A stretch of DNA of 64,000 nt from Balanoglossus misakiensis (GCA_040954595.2 CM082592.2:2483462-2547461), one strand, 5' to 3'; counted from the first letter of the stretch, positions 1 to 36,100 are shown. The notes: generated from the sequence alone by a model not told the origin. Numbers and translations: made by a program.

Positions 1-8
1 GTCCCCAG

Positions 9-1913
9 GTTTGCCGACTTACTAATGTATTATGGCCTGGCTTTGAATGCGGATTACTTTTCAAAGAATCCATATCTGCTCTACTTCCTGATAACATTGG
101 CTGACTTGCCCGCCATAGTCTTCGTTTTGTTTACACTCCATTTCTTTTCTCGTCGATGGCAACTTTCAATCGCCATGGTTATCTCCGGTGTTTCGTGGAT
201 AACTTCGGGTTTTATTACTGGTAGGTATTATTTTAAAACATTACGTAATGACAATATTTCGACCAAGTTGGGATTTTCTTATTTGTGTTCTCCAAATTGA
301 ATGTGATAGTCAATATATATATTCCATATTTTCTTAGTTCTGCCAAAAACACCTGGGAATGATTCGACATCAAACCTTTGTGCGCATGCGTGAGCCATGG
401 CAAGATATATCACATCACAAAGGGATCTGACTCCTGGGAAGTCGGCATTGATAATGATGCACACATTCATGACAAATTACATATAAGAGGTGACACTTTG
501 TGCCCGCTACCAGAAATTTTAACCCCTCCACAATTTTTCACAAGTGGAAGCATAGTACGTATAAGGGCTACAGTCCAGCCGGGTATCAACTACAATGTCG
601 TTGATTCGAATGGCTGATTGAACCAACCAGGGAAAACATTCTGAGTCATGGCTAATGCACAGCCCACTCACTGCTTGGAAGCCTGCAACAACAAAATACC
701 AGTAGGCAGTTACTACTGTTAGATACAAATGATGTGGAGAACATAACTAAATCAAATTAAAAGCCCGTTTCTTCCACTTTATGCTTTATTACAATTTATT
801 ACAATTTTTGCAGACGACACTGAATGGTTGAAGTTGTTGCTTCTGGTAGTGGCAAAATTTGGCTCATCTGCTGCAGGTGTTATGGCTGTTGTCACAGCCA
901 ACGAGGTGCTTCCCACACCCTTAAGGTAGATGGCTAATAGCCTGTTATTGTTTTCTTGAAGCAAAAATGAGTACATGTTGTAAGGTAGAATATAAGTTAC
1001 TTGTGGTGATTTCACTCGTATCTATATTTGACAACTGCAAACCGCGTCTCCGTTCTGTTATTGACTGAACGTGAAATGAGATACAAAACTATGACGAATG
1101 TCACAAATCTGTTTGGAACACGGACCCTTTGTAATGTGTAATTTGTATAGGTATGAATGCTAACATACAAGGGTTATTGCGAAAAATAAACTGTCAATCA
1201 ATAGTTTCGTGCGATAAAGTATTTTACACCAGGGTGTTACATAGTTATCCTTTATGTGTAACGACCTGAAGTGAAACGTAGTACAAAAACTATTATTTTT
1301 ACTATTTCACTCGGTAATATCTTATCACATGCTATGTTGGGCGAGGTTTGTAGTCTAAGAGTTAACATCAACATCAGACGTCATTGAACTTTATCGTCAT
1401 ACAAATTTTGACATCAAGCGTTTCTTTAGACATGATTCATTCCAATGTTTACTAACTGCCAGCAACTGCGTAAAATTGACAAATACATCTGCATTTTTAC
1501 CTCAGCGAAGACACATTTCGTTTCAGAAATACTGGGATGGGACTGATCAATCTTTGGCACGGATTCTCTGGCATAGTTGCACCGTATATCATATTATTAA
1601 AATATAGCTGTTACATTTGCACGTACACCATTGTCGGCAGCATAGCCATCACATCGGGTCTTCTCGTATTACTTCTGCCAGAAACGTTTAAGAAAAAATT
1701 ACCAGAAACGCTACAAGATCTGGAAACCATGAAATCGTGAGTATTAATCATATGAGAATGTTCATCATATTATCATGGTTTCCCAAGGCTCGTATCAGCT
1801 TACTGTTCCTAATTCTATTCTTGTTTTATTTCAGATCCAACTGTATTCTCAATAATCCCAAGAGAAATTTGGAAACCGTGACACTATTGAATCGGGACGG
1901 CAGAGACCGATAA
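9..1913 (+). CDS. SLC22-family organic cation/anion transporter (MFS), 3' part; 5' exons lie outside the window
   Basis: Four GT-AG exons join in frame: 9-220 (FADLLMYYGLALN...FSRRWQL), 814-925 (AKFGSSAA...NEVLPTPLR), 1527-1736 (NTGMG...LLLPETFKKKLPETLQDLE), 1835-1913 (stop TAA 1911-1913). YYGL, E-x-x-PT-x-x-R and LPET...LPET are SLC22 hallmarks. Confidence 0.9.
340..740 (+). mobile_element. possible highly decayed LINE (RTE-like) reverse-transcriptase C-terminal fragment in an SLC22 intron
   Basis: Fragments across broken frames (LLGS, DNDAHIHDKLHIR, TYK/ATVQPGINY, LEACNNKI) loosely echo the RTE RT C-terminal pattern. Many stops and frameshifts; recognition by eye only. Confidence 0.2.
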
Positions 1914-3463
1914 AGTCAATTATACCAGGACAACACAATTCTGTACCAATAACAACTGAGATTGGTCTTTGCTTATTCTCATATTAAACTACTGATTGTT
2001 CGTACGCCAGATTACTTCTTGTAAATATACAGCCGAGAGGGCCATGTAAATTCGACTCATTAACTACCGACGCCACATGCACATTATGAAGTTCATGATC
2101 AAACCCGAGACTGTCACACATCCAACACAATGAATCGAAAATAGCCGTAAATATAAAAACAGCTGGTGTAACAATCACATGAATGAAAGGTTGTAGGGTT
2201 TCTAATGTCTTGAAATAAGAAGATTTCGATCGATGCTCATTAATTAATTTATCATTAATTTTTCGTTTATTTCTAATTATAAAGTGACGCCTTTCATCAA
2301 CCTGTTAGAATGCGGCACAATTGTAAATAGTCTCATCGTCAAGCATGTCAAGACCAATGAAGACTTGTGAGTCATGAGGCCAAATACCACAGAATTCTAA
2401 ATAGCTGCAACGAACACCAAACTGGCAACACCGTATTTCTTTGATTGGAGCGACACGTTATCTCTGAAATTGTAACAACGTCTAAATTTAGTAGACACAG
2501 AGGCGCCCCCCCCCCCCCCCCCCATCCCAATTGAGGAGTTGAAGTAGTGCGTGTTGAGAGAGACGTGAACAGAAAGGGGTAGAAGATTCGAGCACGGACG
2601 ACGAGAGTTGTTCCTGTAATAAACGAAAACATATCCTAGTTTGATCTGTACACTTATGTAAAGACTGTGAATATGTCAAATAATTGCAATGACGACGCTG
2701 TAACTCTCAAAACAGTCTTCCTTGGTACACTAGCTATATGGACATGTATTCATACGTGCGAAGCTTTATTGAATATGCAAATTATTAATTGACAATATAT
2801 CTTTCAGAACAGTCAATTTTTGTGAGGTTAAAATCTATAAATCCAACTTTTCATGATATTTGGTCGATAACTCTGGTTTTATGTCTCTAATTGTGAAAAT
2901 TGGCATGTTTTGATTAAAGAAGACTACATGGCCTAATCCTCTCAGTGGTTGAATCCGTTTGGGCTAGAATTCCTTGGAGACCCTCCACTGAACACCCCTT
3001 CAGTTAAGGGACACTAATTGCTTTAAGAACATCAAAATATTTGTCAGGGAGTCATAGTGACGTTTAAGTTTTTTGTGTGACAAGTATTATTTTTTCCCCT
3101 GACAATAACCAGGTATTTAGGTGGAGTCTAAACCTTTTGTTTGATCGATTAACTATAAGAAAATTGCCTCATTTTCCGCTCTTTATCATCTCTACAACCA
3201 CAATAACGATCCAAAGTATATCACATCACGTCCTTCAAATTTAGGCCTAGGCTTGTCATGACATGCATCGTGGAACACAGCAACCAAAATAGTCATTATC
3301 ATCACTAAAAACTGACAGGGCTTCATGTTTTTGTCAACCGATGACAAATCGATCTCGACAATATTACGATGTGCACCATCACCATCACCTTCACTCCGTT
3401 TATTCGTGATCAAAAGAAGCATGACTCCATGCAATGAAACGGCATAGGGCCTCAGTGTTCATC

Positions 3464-4891
3464 ATGGAATATGAGAGCATTGTGGGGAAAATTGGTGATT
3501 TTGGGAGGTTCCAACAAATACAACTGTTCTTTATTCTTCTTTCCATGATTCCGTATTCAACATATTTTTTCGCAAATACGTTTTACTATGCGTCAACGAT
3601 TATTATTGTCGAACACGCGAAAACCATTCTACCAGATGGATTCCGTTTGGAAAAACTGCACCATTCCACTGAAAGAAGAAAAGGGAATGCTGGTTTGGGA
3701 TTCCTGCGTCAGATATCAGATGAACGGTACCACAATGTCGTCAGTTAACAGAACTTTCTCGTGTCCAGCGAATAGGAACTTTATCAGAGCGTGTGACGAC
3801 GGTTGGGTGCATGATAGATCATTGTTTTCAAATACACAAGTTATGCAGGTAAACATTTCAACTTTTCTACACTGATTTTGTATCAAATCGAATTTTAGAA
3901 ATCGGCAGAAGCGTCTCATGATGTCACAGGCAATAATTAACAAGGACATTTTATCACGATCTAGCTTATTCGGTTTAGTGAAGCCAATGCTGCATACAAC
4001 AAGTGGTAAATGCGATATTTTTTAAAAACCTGCGGTTGACGGGGAATTCTATTTGGATCGCTTACATCTAGATAAAGTTGGTAACTCAGTAGAAACTTAA
4101 AAGAATTCAGCGTATACCTGGAAGTATAGCTAGTTAGCATATATTAACATTTTTGCCCATACTTTTACGTACTTAGTTTGATTTAGTGTGTGATCAAGGA
4201 TGGCAGAGACAGCTGTCTAAATCACTCGGTGGATTGGGTTTGATGATTGGCTCTGTTATCTTTGGACAGCTCGCAGACGTGTAAGTAATAGAATCGTGTA
4301 ACAGCCTTTAGCGGAAGGTGGTATTTATGCTCATTTTTATAGTAGTGGTCTGCATGGTTATCACACTCCGTGGCTTCACATGTAGAATTTTGACAAAACG
4401 GTGTTGCAAAATTGTCATTTTCTTGAAATTTTCACTAAAGACCCGACCGAGAAGTATTAAATTGCATAAAGAAATAGAAAAACTATAGCGTTATAACAGT
4501 GTGAAAAAATAATTGAGATTGAAACACCATTTTTTCTCTATTTCGTGTTAAAATTTCGTTGATACACAATATATATGACAATCGGGAAAATGACATTCTA
4601 AATTTGGAGGTACTATAATTAAAGAACAACACTTTCCCTTGGGGGCCTTGCTGGGCATCTTTCTGGTGGGTTCATTCTTAAGTTTTCTTTTTTTATGGAC
4701 AGTGGCTGATAGATTCTTCCACGTTATATTTTGTAGGTATGGTAGAAAGGTGTGTTTATATACCAGCTACATTGCCGGAATCGTTTTGAATTTCATAATG
4801 ACATTTATAGTATCGTTCCCCATGTTTGTAACTGTACAGTTTGTTATGATAATAATGACCGCTTCAGGATGGAACGTTGCCACTGTACTAG
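3464..4891 (+). pseudogene. SLC22-family transporter paralog, frameshifted and truncated after exon 3
   Basis: Exon 1 3464-3848 (MEYESIVGKIGDFGRFQ...C..GWVHDRS), exon 2 4177-4280 (104 bp, FDLVCD...FGQLAD), exon 3 4737-4891 (155 bp, YGRK). The 104/155-bp sizes are typical of SLC22 exons 2 and 3. Exon 1 is not open: the SLC22-like reading moves from the 3464 frame (YYAS) through DYYCRTREN to the 3588 frame (FYQMDSVWKNCTIP). No downstream exons were found. Confidence 0.8.
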
Positions 4892-6440
4892 GTGAGACAA
4901 CGGTCATTTATACAATTTTACCATTTACTAGTATACATGTTATAAGAATACAACGGGAATCTACGGAGCAAATCGGATACATACTCTGATATTGAGACCA
5001 CAATAACACAGTAATACTTGTTATAGATGCCATTAAGTTAATAACATTGTTGTTAAAATACGGAATATGAGATGATAACTTATTGAATACTTTTGTAATC
5101 AATCAGAAACAATCTGCTAAAAACTATTCCCCCAAATTACTGCATAAAATATAGTTCCCATAATCTCCACAGCTGTGCACTAAACTTGGGGCTGTGACAC
5201 AACCATTACAGATTCTCCTGTATCCATTGTATCTCAGTTGCATTGAAAGGCAAAATCTGCCGCTGAAATCAAAAGCATACAGCGATGAGGTTAAACTGAA
5301 AGTCATTGAGCAGAGTCTTGGTAAAAACTTTTGATCATTTGCAAATCGGGACACACACAAAGAATTACCACACCAATTTGGATTGAATTAAACGCAATCC
5401 CGAGAGGTTTTCAAGAAAGAAAAAAAAACACTTAGAAAACGTCAAAATGTTTTTGAAACTACAATGAATTTTATTTACATTTGTAAACACGGTACAGAGT
5501 GAAGACAACTTTTACAAGAAAAATTGTACATTGCACATTGACTTGTATATAACGTCAAAATCGTGCCGTTAACACGGAAGTGGTACTAGAACAATGTCAA
5601 AGTAGAATTTCTCATATCCTCTATCTATAAAGTTTGACAGTTTTTCAGTTAAATATCTTACCTCAAGCTTTAATTCTGTCAGATTTGCTTTGTAAGAATA
5701 GTAAAAATGACGTTTTTTTCTAGAAATTTGCATCCGAAAACAATTATGAGAATACTAATTTTTTTAAAACTAATTAACAATTTATTATTTTATTCCAAAA
5801 GTAAGTCAGTAAATTACAAGGTGTTATCACAGTTTGTAGGCAATTTTACATTGGAACGAACAAGGTTCAGTTTTAATGCCCAGTTTATTGCACAAGAGGG
5901 ACTAGTTCAACTGCGCGTCTGAATTTTTTCTTCCATTCATTTGGTATTGCGTAATCATACATTGTGCTATCCATGCACTTTCGTTTATTTTTCATTTCCT
6001 CAACAATTTATTTTTTTCAAATAAACCTGCAATATGAGTAATTTGTTGTTGTTGTAAATGTAAACAGTGGTCGTCTATCAAGAACCGCGTTGCTGAGACT
6101 TCGCCCCCCCCCCAACTCCTTGCCCAATAATACTATCACATTCCAATATTTCGGCAATGTTGAAAGTATGCCGACAAAATATTATTAGCAAAACTAGCTT
6201 GTAGCTCTAAACTATTTAGATTTAACCATTTTCACATGTTCCAACTCAAATGCACATTTCTGAAAATGACAGCTCCATTTCAATAAATCGAAAAATATCA
6301 ATACCAAACACAAATATGATACATGCAAAAATTCTCAAGGTTTCTTGTATGAACACCAATCAAAACTACATTACTTTATACACGTATATGTTATTCACCC
6401 ATCAAATGGGTATTATTGATCTCGTTACTGACGGGCAAAG

Positions 6441-28277
<21,837 letters not shown>

Positions 28278-29636
28278 TTCTCCAGATGAAGCCGTTACTT
28301 CAAACGGGCATCGATCAACAGGTAGACATACAGGCCTTAAATAACTGGCGACCAGTGCTGCAGTATTACAAACATGGTCAGCAATTAAATCAACGTGAGT
28401 ATTACAGCTTCATTAAGAAGCTTGGGGCCCCCTATCGATTTTTCCACTGATCTGCCCACAGTGGTCGTACCGCGAGAAATGCTTAATAACCATTTCATGT
28501 CGTGTTCATATCATTTCATTTTAAGCAAATATAATACTAGTTGGTTTGTTTATCCCAGAGTGTTTATTCATTGGAACCGCCAATTATTTTGCGCACGCAG
28601 CGAATTTTGGAAAATCGCCGATTCATTGGAGAAATTTGATTTCACTGTAACAAAGCATAACAGTTATATAAGATTACGTCTTTCGATATTAAGTAAATAA
28701 AATGTAATTAGCGACGTATCAATTGTCCCAATGGTAATTAATTACAAAAAATGTCATGTCAAACGAGCTATATTGCAAGTCCGTCAAAAATTGGTGTTGC
28801 TAGGCAACAAGGAGAAGGCTGGGAGAGTGAAACCGGTGCCAGTGATAAATCGGCAGAAATTCTATAAAAAAAATGTTAGATGCAAAATTTATTGGTTAAA
28901 ACACACAATTCATAGAGCCACCGCACAGCTCCACGGGATGTTCTCGGAAATCTCCATGGTTACGCGCTATACATGTACTAAATGTCATGACTGTTTACTA
29001 GATTAGCTGCAGTCAAGTTTGCGCAGCTTGATGTTTGTCCAATGTTGTGATTTTACATGCTTTGTCACTTAGCGGGCCTGTAGTAACTGCTCCGCTGTCA
29101 CTTTCGCCAAGTTGGGCTCATTAGCTAGTAGGAAGACAACACGATAAGGGATTGGTGAGTTTCTTCAGGTGGGAGAGGGGGGGGGGAGGGTAGGGTATAA
29201 GTTGTTTTGGGGACGTCGAAAAGTTGCTGAGCCCCTCCCTGGTGTATAAAACAAAACAGCTCACTCAGTGTTTACGTAAAAGCAATTAGAATCTCATTAT
29301 TAACAATTACATTGTTATATAACTGGCCACAAATCCATAGGGAGCAACAGGCATGTTATTGTTGATTTGCGCATACGAATACGATGCTGCCCTTTCTTAG
29401 TTGAAACTATGGACACAGTAGAAAGAGACATACTGTGATTGAACGATCTCTGTCCTTATTATTAAAATTATCATTTTTACATAATTCTTTATTTAAATAT
29501 TATTACAAGTTTAGGGGGTTTAAAGAATTATATAAACAATTTATCAATTTAATTAGCACAGGTAGATTTTCTGTACAATCATCCTCGATTCTTCGGATTC
29601 AAAATTTAGCCGGCACTAAAGACATTTCATCCATTA

Positions 29637-30386
29637 GGCTGCATTCACAAACACCTCTGGAGGGGGGGGGGGGGTGGCGGGAGAATTCAATTTTTTTTAC
29701 CGCTACTTTACACAACCCAAAATATTTTCAAATCCCCCCCCTTCCGAACTGCCAAAATTTTGAAATCCCCCCCCCCCCACATTTTCTTTCACAGAGCAAA
29801 ACACATCACCTATCTATCTCGTAAAAAAGAAAAACAGCGCTCCCATGAATAGAATTTGAAACTGTTGTTTCCCCTCATCAGTGGGTATTAAAACTGAACA
29901 TTGTTTTTATTTTTTAAATACAGTGTATTTGTATTCTGTGTTGTGAGACATTGTAAACCGAGAATTGTAGGGGGGTGGGTGTGGGAGGGGGTGTCCCCCT
30001 CCCACGTAAGAAAATTTTATAAAATACAGAGCTCAAAGCTGCATTTTAATGAACCCGGCAAAAGCAAATTAACACAACTACCGGTATGTTGGGGAGGACA
30101 AAAAATTTAACCGTCGGCGCTCAAAGTTATCATGGGGTGGGGGCAAGTCCCCTGACCTGGGACACTAGATAAACCAGTCAATGATTGAAAGGAATTGATG
30201 AATGGAGGGGGTGGGTGTCCCCCTCCCACATTAGAAAATTTTGTAAAATAAAGGGCGCGAAACTGCATTTTTGTGGACTCAAAATAAATATTTAGTGGTC
30301 AAAGTTTTCAAGTCCCCCCCCCCCCCTTCAGTCCCTACATTATTTCAAATCCCCCCCCCCCTCCAGAGGTGTTTGTGAATGCAGCC
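29637..30386. mobile_element. 750-bp MITE with perfect TIRs (GGCTGCATTCACAAACACCTCTGGAGGGGGGGGG), TA-flanked
   Basis: Left end TTA|GGCTGCATTCACAAACACCTCTGGAG, right end CTCCAGAGGTGTTTGTGAATGCAGCC|TAA. A closely similar copy lies at 51174-51916. Confidence 0.88.
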
Positions 30387-31966
30387 TAATTCCAGGCAAA
30401 CCAAAAGAGCTAGGGGTTTGGTTTTTGTTGGACATGGACCAGTATGGGAGTCAAAATTTAGTATTGTGCATTTTGTATCAGAGTTAAACCACATATTTCC
30501 TATATATACATTAGTACATACCAGTACATGTACATATACTGGCCAGTTTAGTCTCCTGATGAGTGCATGAGTCCAGTGACTCACGAAACAGCGTTGTTGA
30601 GATTATACCGCCTTTCTTTTCTCCATGTACCCAAACTTTATATTCCGCTCTACTTTTGTATTGAGCACTTTGTATCGGACCAGTCGAACCGCATACTTTG
30701 GACATACATACATACATACATACATTTGCCTATGCAAATGGCTAAAGACAGATTACTCAAGGACAAGTCATGAAATAAATTTCCATGATCAAATAAAGTT
30801 TAACTTCATGATGAATTGTCACAGGGCAACAGAAAATGAATTTGGATATTCAAGAATATAAAGAAAATACAGTTTTGTTGTAATTACATGAATATTTACA
30901 TTTAATCATCTATTTTTCATCTTTGTTATACGTAACTTGGCTTCTCTCAAGAAAATTGGAGAAGAATCAAATATTGGCACAGCCCTTGGAAAGGAAACCT
31001 TCAAGCTACTGGATTTCAGTTAATTAATCAAATGAATTCTACACTCTGGCCCCTATTATATTACAAATCCTGAACATTTGCATACAGGTATGTAAATATT
31101 AGGTGTGCAAACCAAGCAGAATGGTTTTTTAAAAAAATGTAATCAAAGTGGTCACACTAAGATTACATTTCTCAAGTCTGCACATCAGTGGTATGTACGA
31201 TCATCACATCTTTCATGGGACAACTTACAAAATTGACCAGAGAAAAAATGGTTTGATTATTGCTTTATTAAATCACAACTGAACGAACACAAAGTTTAGA
31301 CCAAATGTTTCATAATTTAACGTACAAGAACCCCTGGCACAGATTAGGATATCCATGTTCAAGATCAAACAATTCCGTAAATGGCAAGAATAAACTTTGC
31401 CATCTTGCAAAATTTGGTTTTATGCCGATATCTCAAATGGCATGCATACCAGAGTTGAGTGGTTTCAACATTTTCAAAATACCAACTTATGTTTTTTCAG
31501 CAGGTTAATCCATAGAACAATGTTATTTTAAAGTGGTGTTGGGCTGAAGTACATGTCTAAAAGTTGGGAGAACAAATCGATCCCACACTCTTACAGAATT
31601 GAAAACGGTATATGATGCGAGCGCTGATTGGATGACATAGCATTATTTTATTAACACGCACTAAATGGTATCCAATGAGGCGATGTGCATTACATGGACA
31701 GAAACTACAATAATCAGTTTTTTCTATATGAATTTGGCTAATTTGTGGCCGTGTGAGAAGTATACTGTCACACTCACAAGGACCTGGGATCATATTTTTC
31801 ACACTCGTTGGGGATATTTTGACCCAAACTTGCCTGCGGCGTGTGATGGAGATTCTATTTGTCCTCTCATCTTTAGCATGGCATGGAGTATTACTAGTAA
31901 CATCGAATATGGGACATTGATATACCTTGCAATTGTCTATTTTTGATATACCTTGCAATTGTCTAT

Positions 31967-33159
31967 TTAGCTATATGGACTGCAGTATTTCTGGATCAGC
32001 AGCAAGACCAGATTTGTGTGCCTATGTGGACTTTGTCTTTTGGCCAGAGTGGCCACAAGGAATGACTCAATCATAACAGCGGCAAATACAGGCAATAGTA
32101 TAAACACTATACTGAAGATGAATATAGCAAATATCAAAGAGGAAAGGACATTGCCCTGGGAGAACAGCTCAGCAGTATCCAAACCGCCAATCATCAGCCC
32201 CAGCATAGACATATAGGCAACAGACATGTTCCGGAAGTTGTTCATGAAAGACCCGAAGGCAATCAGACAATAATGAGAAAATGCTACAAGAAACAGGCCT
32301 AAGAAAAAAGTGTACCATAAAACAAGTCTGGCAGTTTGCAGCATAACTGTGTGCATCAATTCAAACACTGCACTGTGACACAGTAATTTGAGTAACTTGA
32401 TCGTCCAGGAAAACACCAGACTTGCAGTTAGCATATGGTAGGCTTCATTACACAGGGCTGCTGTGTAGAAACTTGTGAATGAGCTCCTGTCGTTGTTGTA
32501 CTTGGTCATTGATGTATCAAACTGGCTGAATATCGAACCAAACATCATGACAGTAAGCGTAGAGAGAAAGATTATCACTAAATTCAAGTAATTCCAACTG
32601 CTGAGAAAGTATTTATAGCCCTGATGCCAAAGTGCCATCATTTCAATGAGTGTGAAGTAAACCATTCCTAGCAGGTACAGAATTTGACAGAAGAGGACAA
32701 AGTAATCTATGTACAGCGTAAATTTATGATATCGACCAATCAGAAAGTCGTGCGATGCAGCAATGGACCCAGATGGAGAATATTCCATAAGTATAGTCAT
32801 CACACTGAACAGATTGCTTTGTGCATTGTGCAGTGTGAATTCTACAAACACAGCTCTGGTGTTCTCATCACACCACGTCGAATCATACATCTGCCGCAGA
32901 ACACCAAGAGCACTCTCAGATGTCACTCCCAGATCAGCTACATAGCCACCTCTGCTGTAGAGAGACAGTTTACCCCACATGTAGCTGCCTTGTGCTTGAC
33001 CGGGCGACTTGTACTGCCACATATCCGATGGGTTGGATGGGTGTGCAGTCACGCTGTCCCAAGAACCAGCAAAGGATCTTGTGTCTTCTGAGCTGAAACT
33101 GTACTCTTCACTGCAAGACTGCATATGATCTCTCATTATCCTGTTCACTTTACAGTTGT
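31967..33159 (-). CDS. polycystin terminal exon (TOP domain remainder plus the remaining TRPP-like transmembrane helices)
   Basis: YSRGGYVADLG, WCDENTRAVFVEFTLHN and WNYLNL, then hydrophobic helices; stop TAA at 31967-31969. Confidence 0.93.
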
Positions 33160-36100
33160 CTGTGAAAATAAGTTGAGAATTCACTAATATTACAACAGAC
33201 AACTAATCAGACCAGTGGTTTCAGAGAAAAAGACTTTTTTTAAATACAAACACAGCAAAAATTACCCCAAAATACAAATTTCCCCACAATTTGAACAAAC
33301 TTTAGTTAGGTCACCCTTAGCAACCTGCATAACAAATGTCAAAGTGTTTAGACCAGCGGTTTCAGAGACGAAATCAAGTGTTGAAGTACAGTGGATGTCG
33401 GACAATCACCCTATCTGATAATCTATGCGTCACTGACAGTGGAGATAAAAATCCATGTCCACCACTTGTGTGGAATATGACATATTGAGTCAGAGTGGCT
33501 CATTTGAGATTTTCATAGGGCAGTGTTTCTTGATAGTTTTCTTTCAAAAGTTTCATTTATTGGGAAAACATTGTATTGTATAAATCACGACATGTGCAGC
33601 CAAGAGCTTACATGATTTTGACAGACACATTTCTCACCATGAGGGCGCCAGTCAATAATTACAGACCAGACTATGAATCATTCACCTTCACTTATTTATG
33701 CTGCAAATGGGTCTAGCTGTGCCATTGAAAAGAGGTTAGCTTTGAAACACTTATATAATGGTTCAAAGGTTGTATGGCACAATTATCAGCAAGCTTACAT
33801 GAACAGCTGCATCAAATTTCAAAATGTCAGTTTTAACCCTTTCACCACCATGGTTCAGTCCAAACCCATATTGTTTCCTGTGGTATAAAGGTTGGACCTC
33901 TAAAGAGGAAACTGGAGGTGAAAGGTTAAAACTCTTTTCAAAAAGATCAAAATATAATCTAATATAGCAATTAGCAAGTAAATTCTGGCATCTGTTAATC
34001 TATGCTAAGCTTTCATCTAATTCCTACCTGGAATAATCCTGACTTGTCTAAGTCTAGCACTACCTAGCAATGACATACATTCACAGTTAACATCTATGGT
34101 TCCTGCACTGCCTCCATACAGAGTGGGAATTAGTGTGGCATTCATCCAGTCATACATCTCATCATATTTGGTCATCTAGCAAAGCAAGCAGTATCAGTTT
34201 GTAGTTTCCTGTGTGTACGTCACTACCACAAATGTATTTAGTTTAGGAAACAGATCCTGTTTTCAAGATCTATTCGGTGCAACTTTCAGGTACTGGTAGA
34301 AGTTGTACTGATAACTGCATAAACCAATAATTGGCTCTGAAGGTCACTATATTATCACTGAGAATACTTTTGACGTTGTAATAAAATACAAGCTATCTTC
34401 TACTTTGAGATGTGAATCTTCGACATATCTTACTTAACAACATCTTTTTTTCTTTCAATAAGATTATTATATTATTCCTGTATTAAAGTTCTACAACCTT
34501 CACTAGGTCAATTGAGTGCGTCAAGCACAATGACATCACAAGTCTCTCATTGGATATATGTGATGTGTTTTGTGAGATAATCACAACAAACTTTCTCTAG
34601 TCTGTTTGCTACACTCAATGATGGAACCTACAGTATGTTAGTCTAAAACACACACATTGTGTCCCATGCACACAGTGTGAGAACTAGCTGCAGAGTTGTC
34701 ATTTTTAAATCATGTATCTATAAGGAGGAGATTTTACCTTGTCAAAACCTGTCACAAATGTCTGTTTTAAGACATTATTCATGAGGTATCCATTTGTTGG
34801 TTGTTGGCAGTAGGCAATGATCAATAACAACAGCCAGAGTATTGCCAAGCAGATGAACTCTTTCAGAAAAGACATGGCTTCATTCAGTTGGTTTTTCTTC
34901 TTGAAGCTTTTCAAGAGCTTTTGCGATGGTGGTTGATATTGTGAGCATTTTCGGAGGTCCCTGAGTCGAGGTAACCACTCTCCGAGTTCTTCTGGCATCC
35001 ATTGAGAATTGTCTGTGAAAGATAACAGGATAATATCTGTATGGCATGTAGCCTTCAAAAAAATACATGTGCATCATTTAAATTACTGTCATAATGCTGT
35101 GTGTCTCAGTGGTGTGTAAGTGACCATAATTTGAATTTACAGCCCAACATATGTGCTAGGTTCCAGTCAGCTGTGGAATTTGTCAATGGGATTATAACAG
35201 CACATGACAATTTTGTTTTGGAAAAGTAACACATAAAGATATCAGCAAGACAAAAAGTTTTCCCTTCAACCCTTTCACCACCATGGTTTGCTCCAACTTC
35301 ATCATTTTCTCCGTGAAAGTTTGGACCGCAATCGCAATAGTGGGGGAAATGGAGGTAAAAGGAAGAAGTAATTCAACACTTGATACAGACGCATTGAAAT
35401 TTTACAGCTGCAACCGGACTTAGAAATATATCAAAATCAGTTCTTTTTTCTACTTTAACATATTTATATTTTAAAACAATGCTTATTTGGGGTAGGTTAT
35501 AATTTACTTTGATTTTCACAATAAATTATCATATAATTACCTACAATTACAATTGTACGTTTCACATCAAATCTGCAGGAGTCGAAAAATGACAGATATG
35601 CGAAATTGCTAAATCAATACAAGTACATACCAGAGTTTACATAGTGAACGTCATCTTCACTTTGGAATAAATAGCGATCATCCAAGGCCTTGCAAAAGAT
35701 ACCAGCCATGACAGCCATCAGTGCCAGAAATACAGGCTGGATTATCGGTGTTATCACCAGACATAGCAACAGGGATGTTAACCAGTCAAAGGCCCTCTGT
35801 TGGTCGTACTGAATTCCGTAGAAGACCACCACACAGGCAGAGGTCGCTATTGTAGCAATTGCCAAGAACCAGCCCAGGAAGGTCATCCCACATGCCACGC
35901 AGCTGCAATGGTGAGTCCCACATCTACATTGAGAGTGTCGGCAGCAAGCACTGCAGTCACACCGACAAGTGGACAAACACTGGCCTTGACTGCACTCGCA
36001 ACTCTTTGCTTTTAGCTCATCGCTAGTTTCAAGTGTTACTCCTTCGAGCGAAACGGCTTCGTAGCTGCTGAAAGAGTCATGCCCTCGTTGTGGACTTTCT

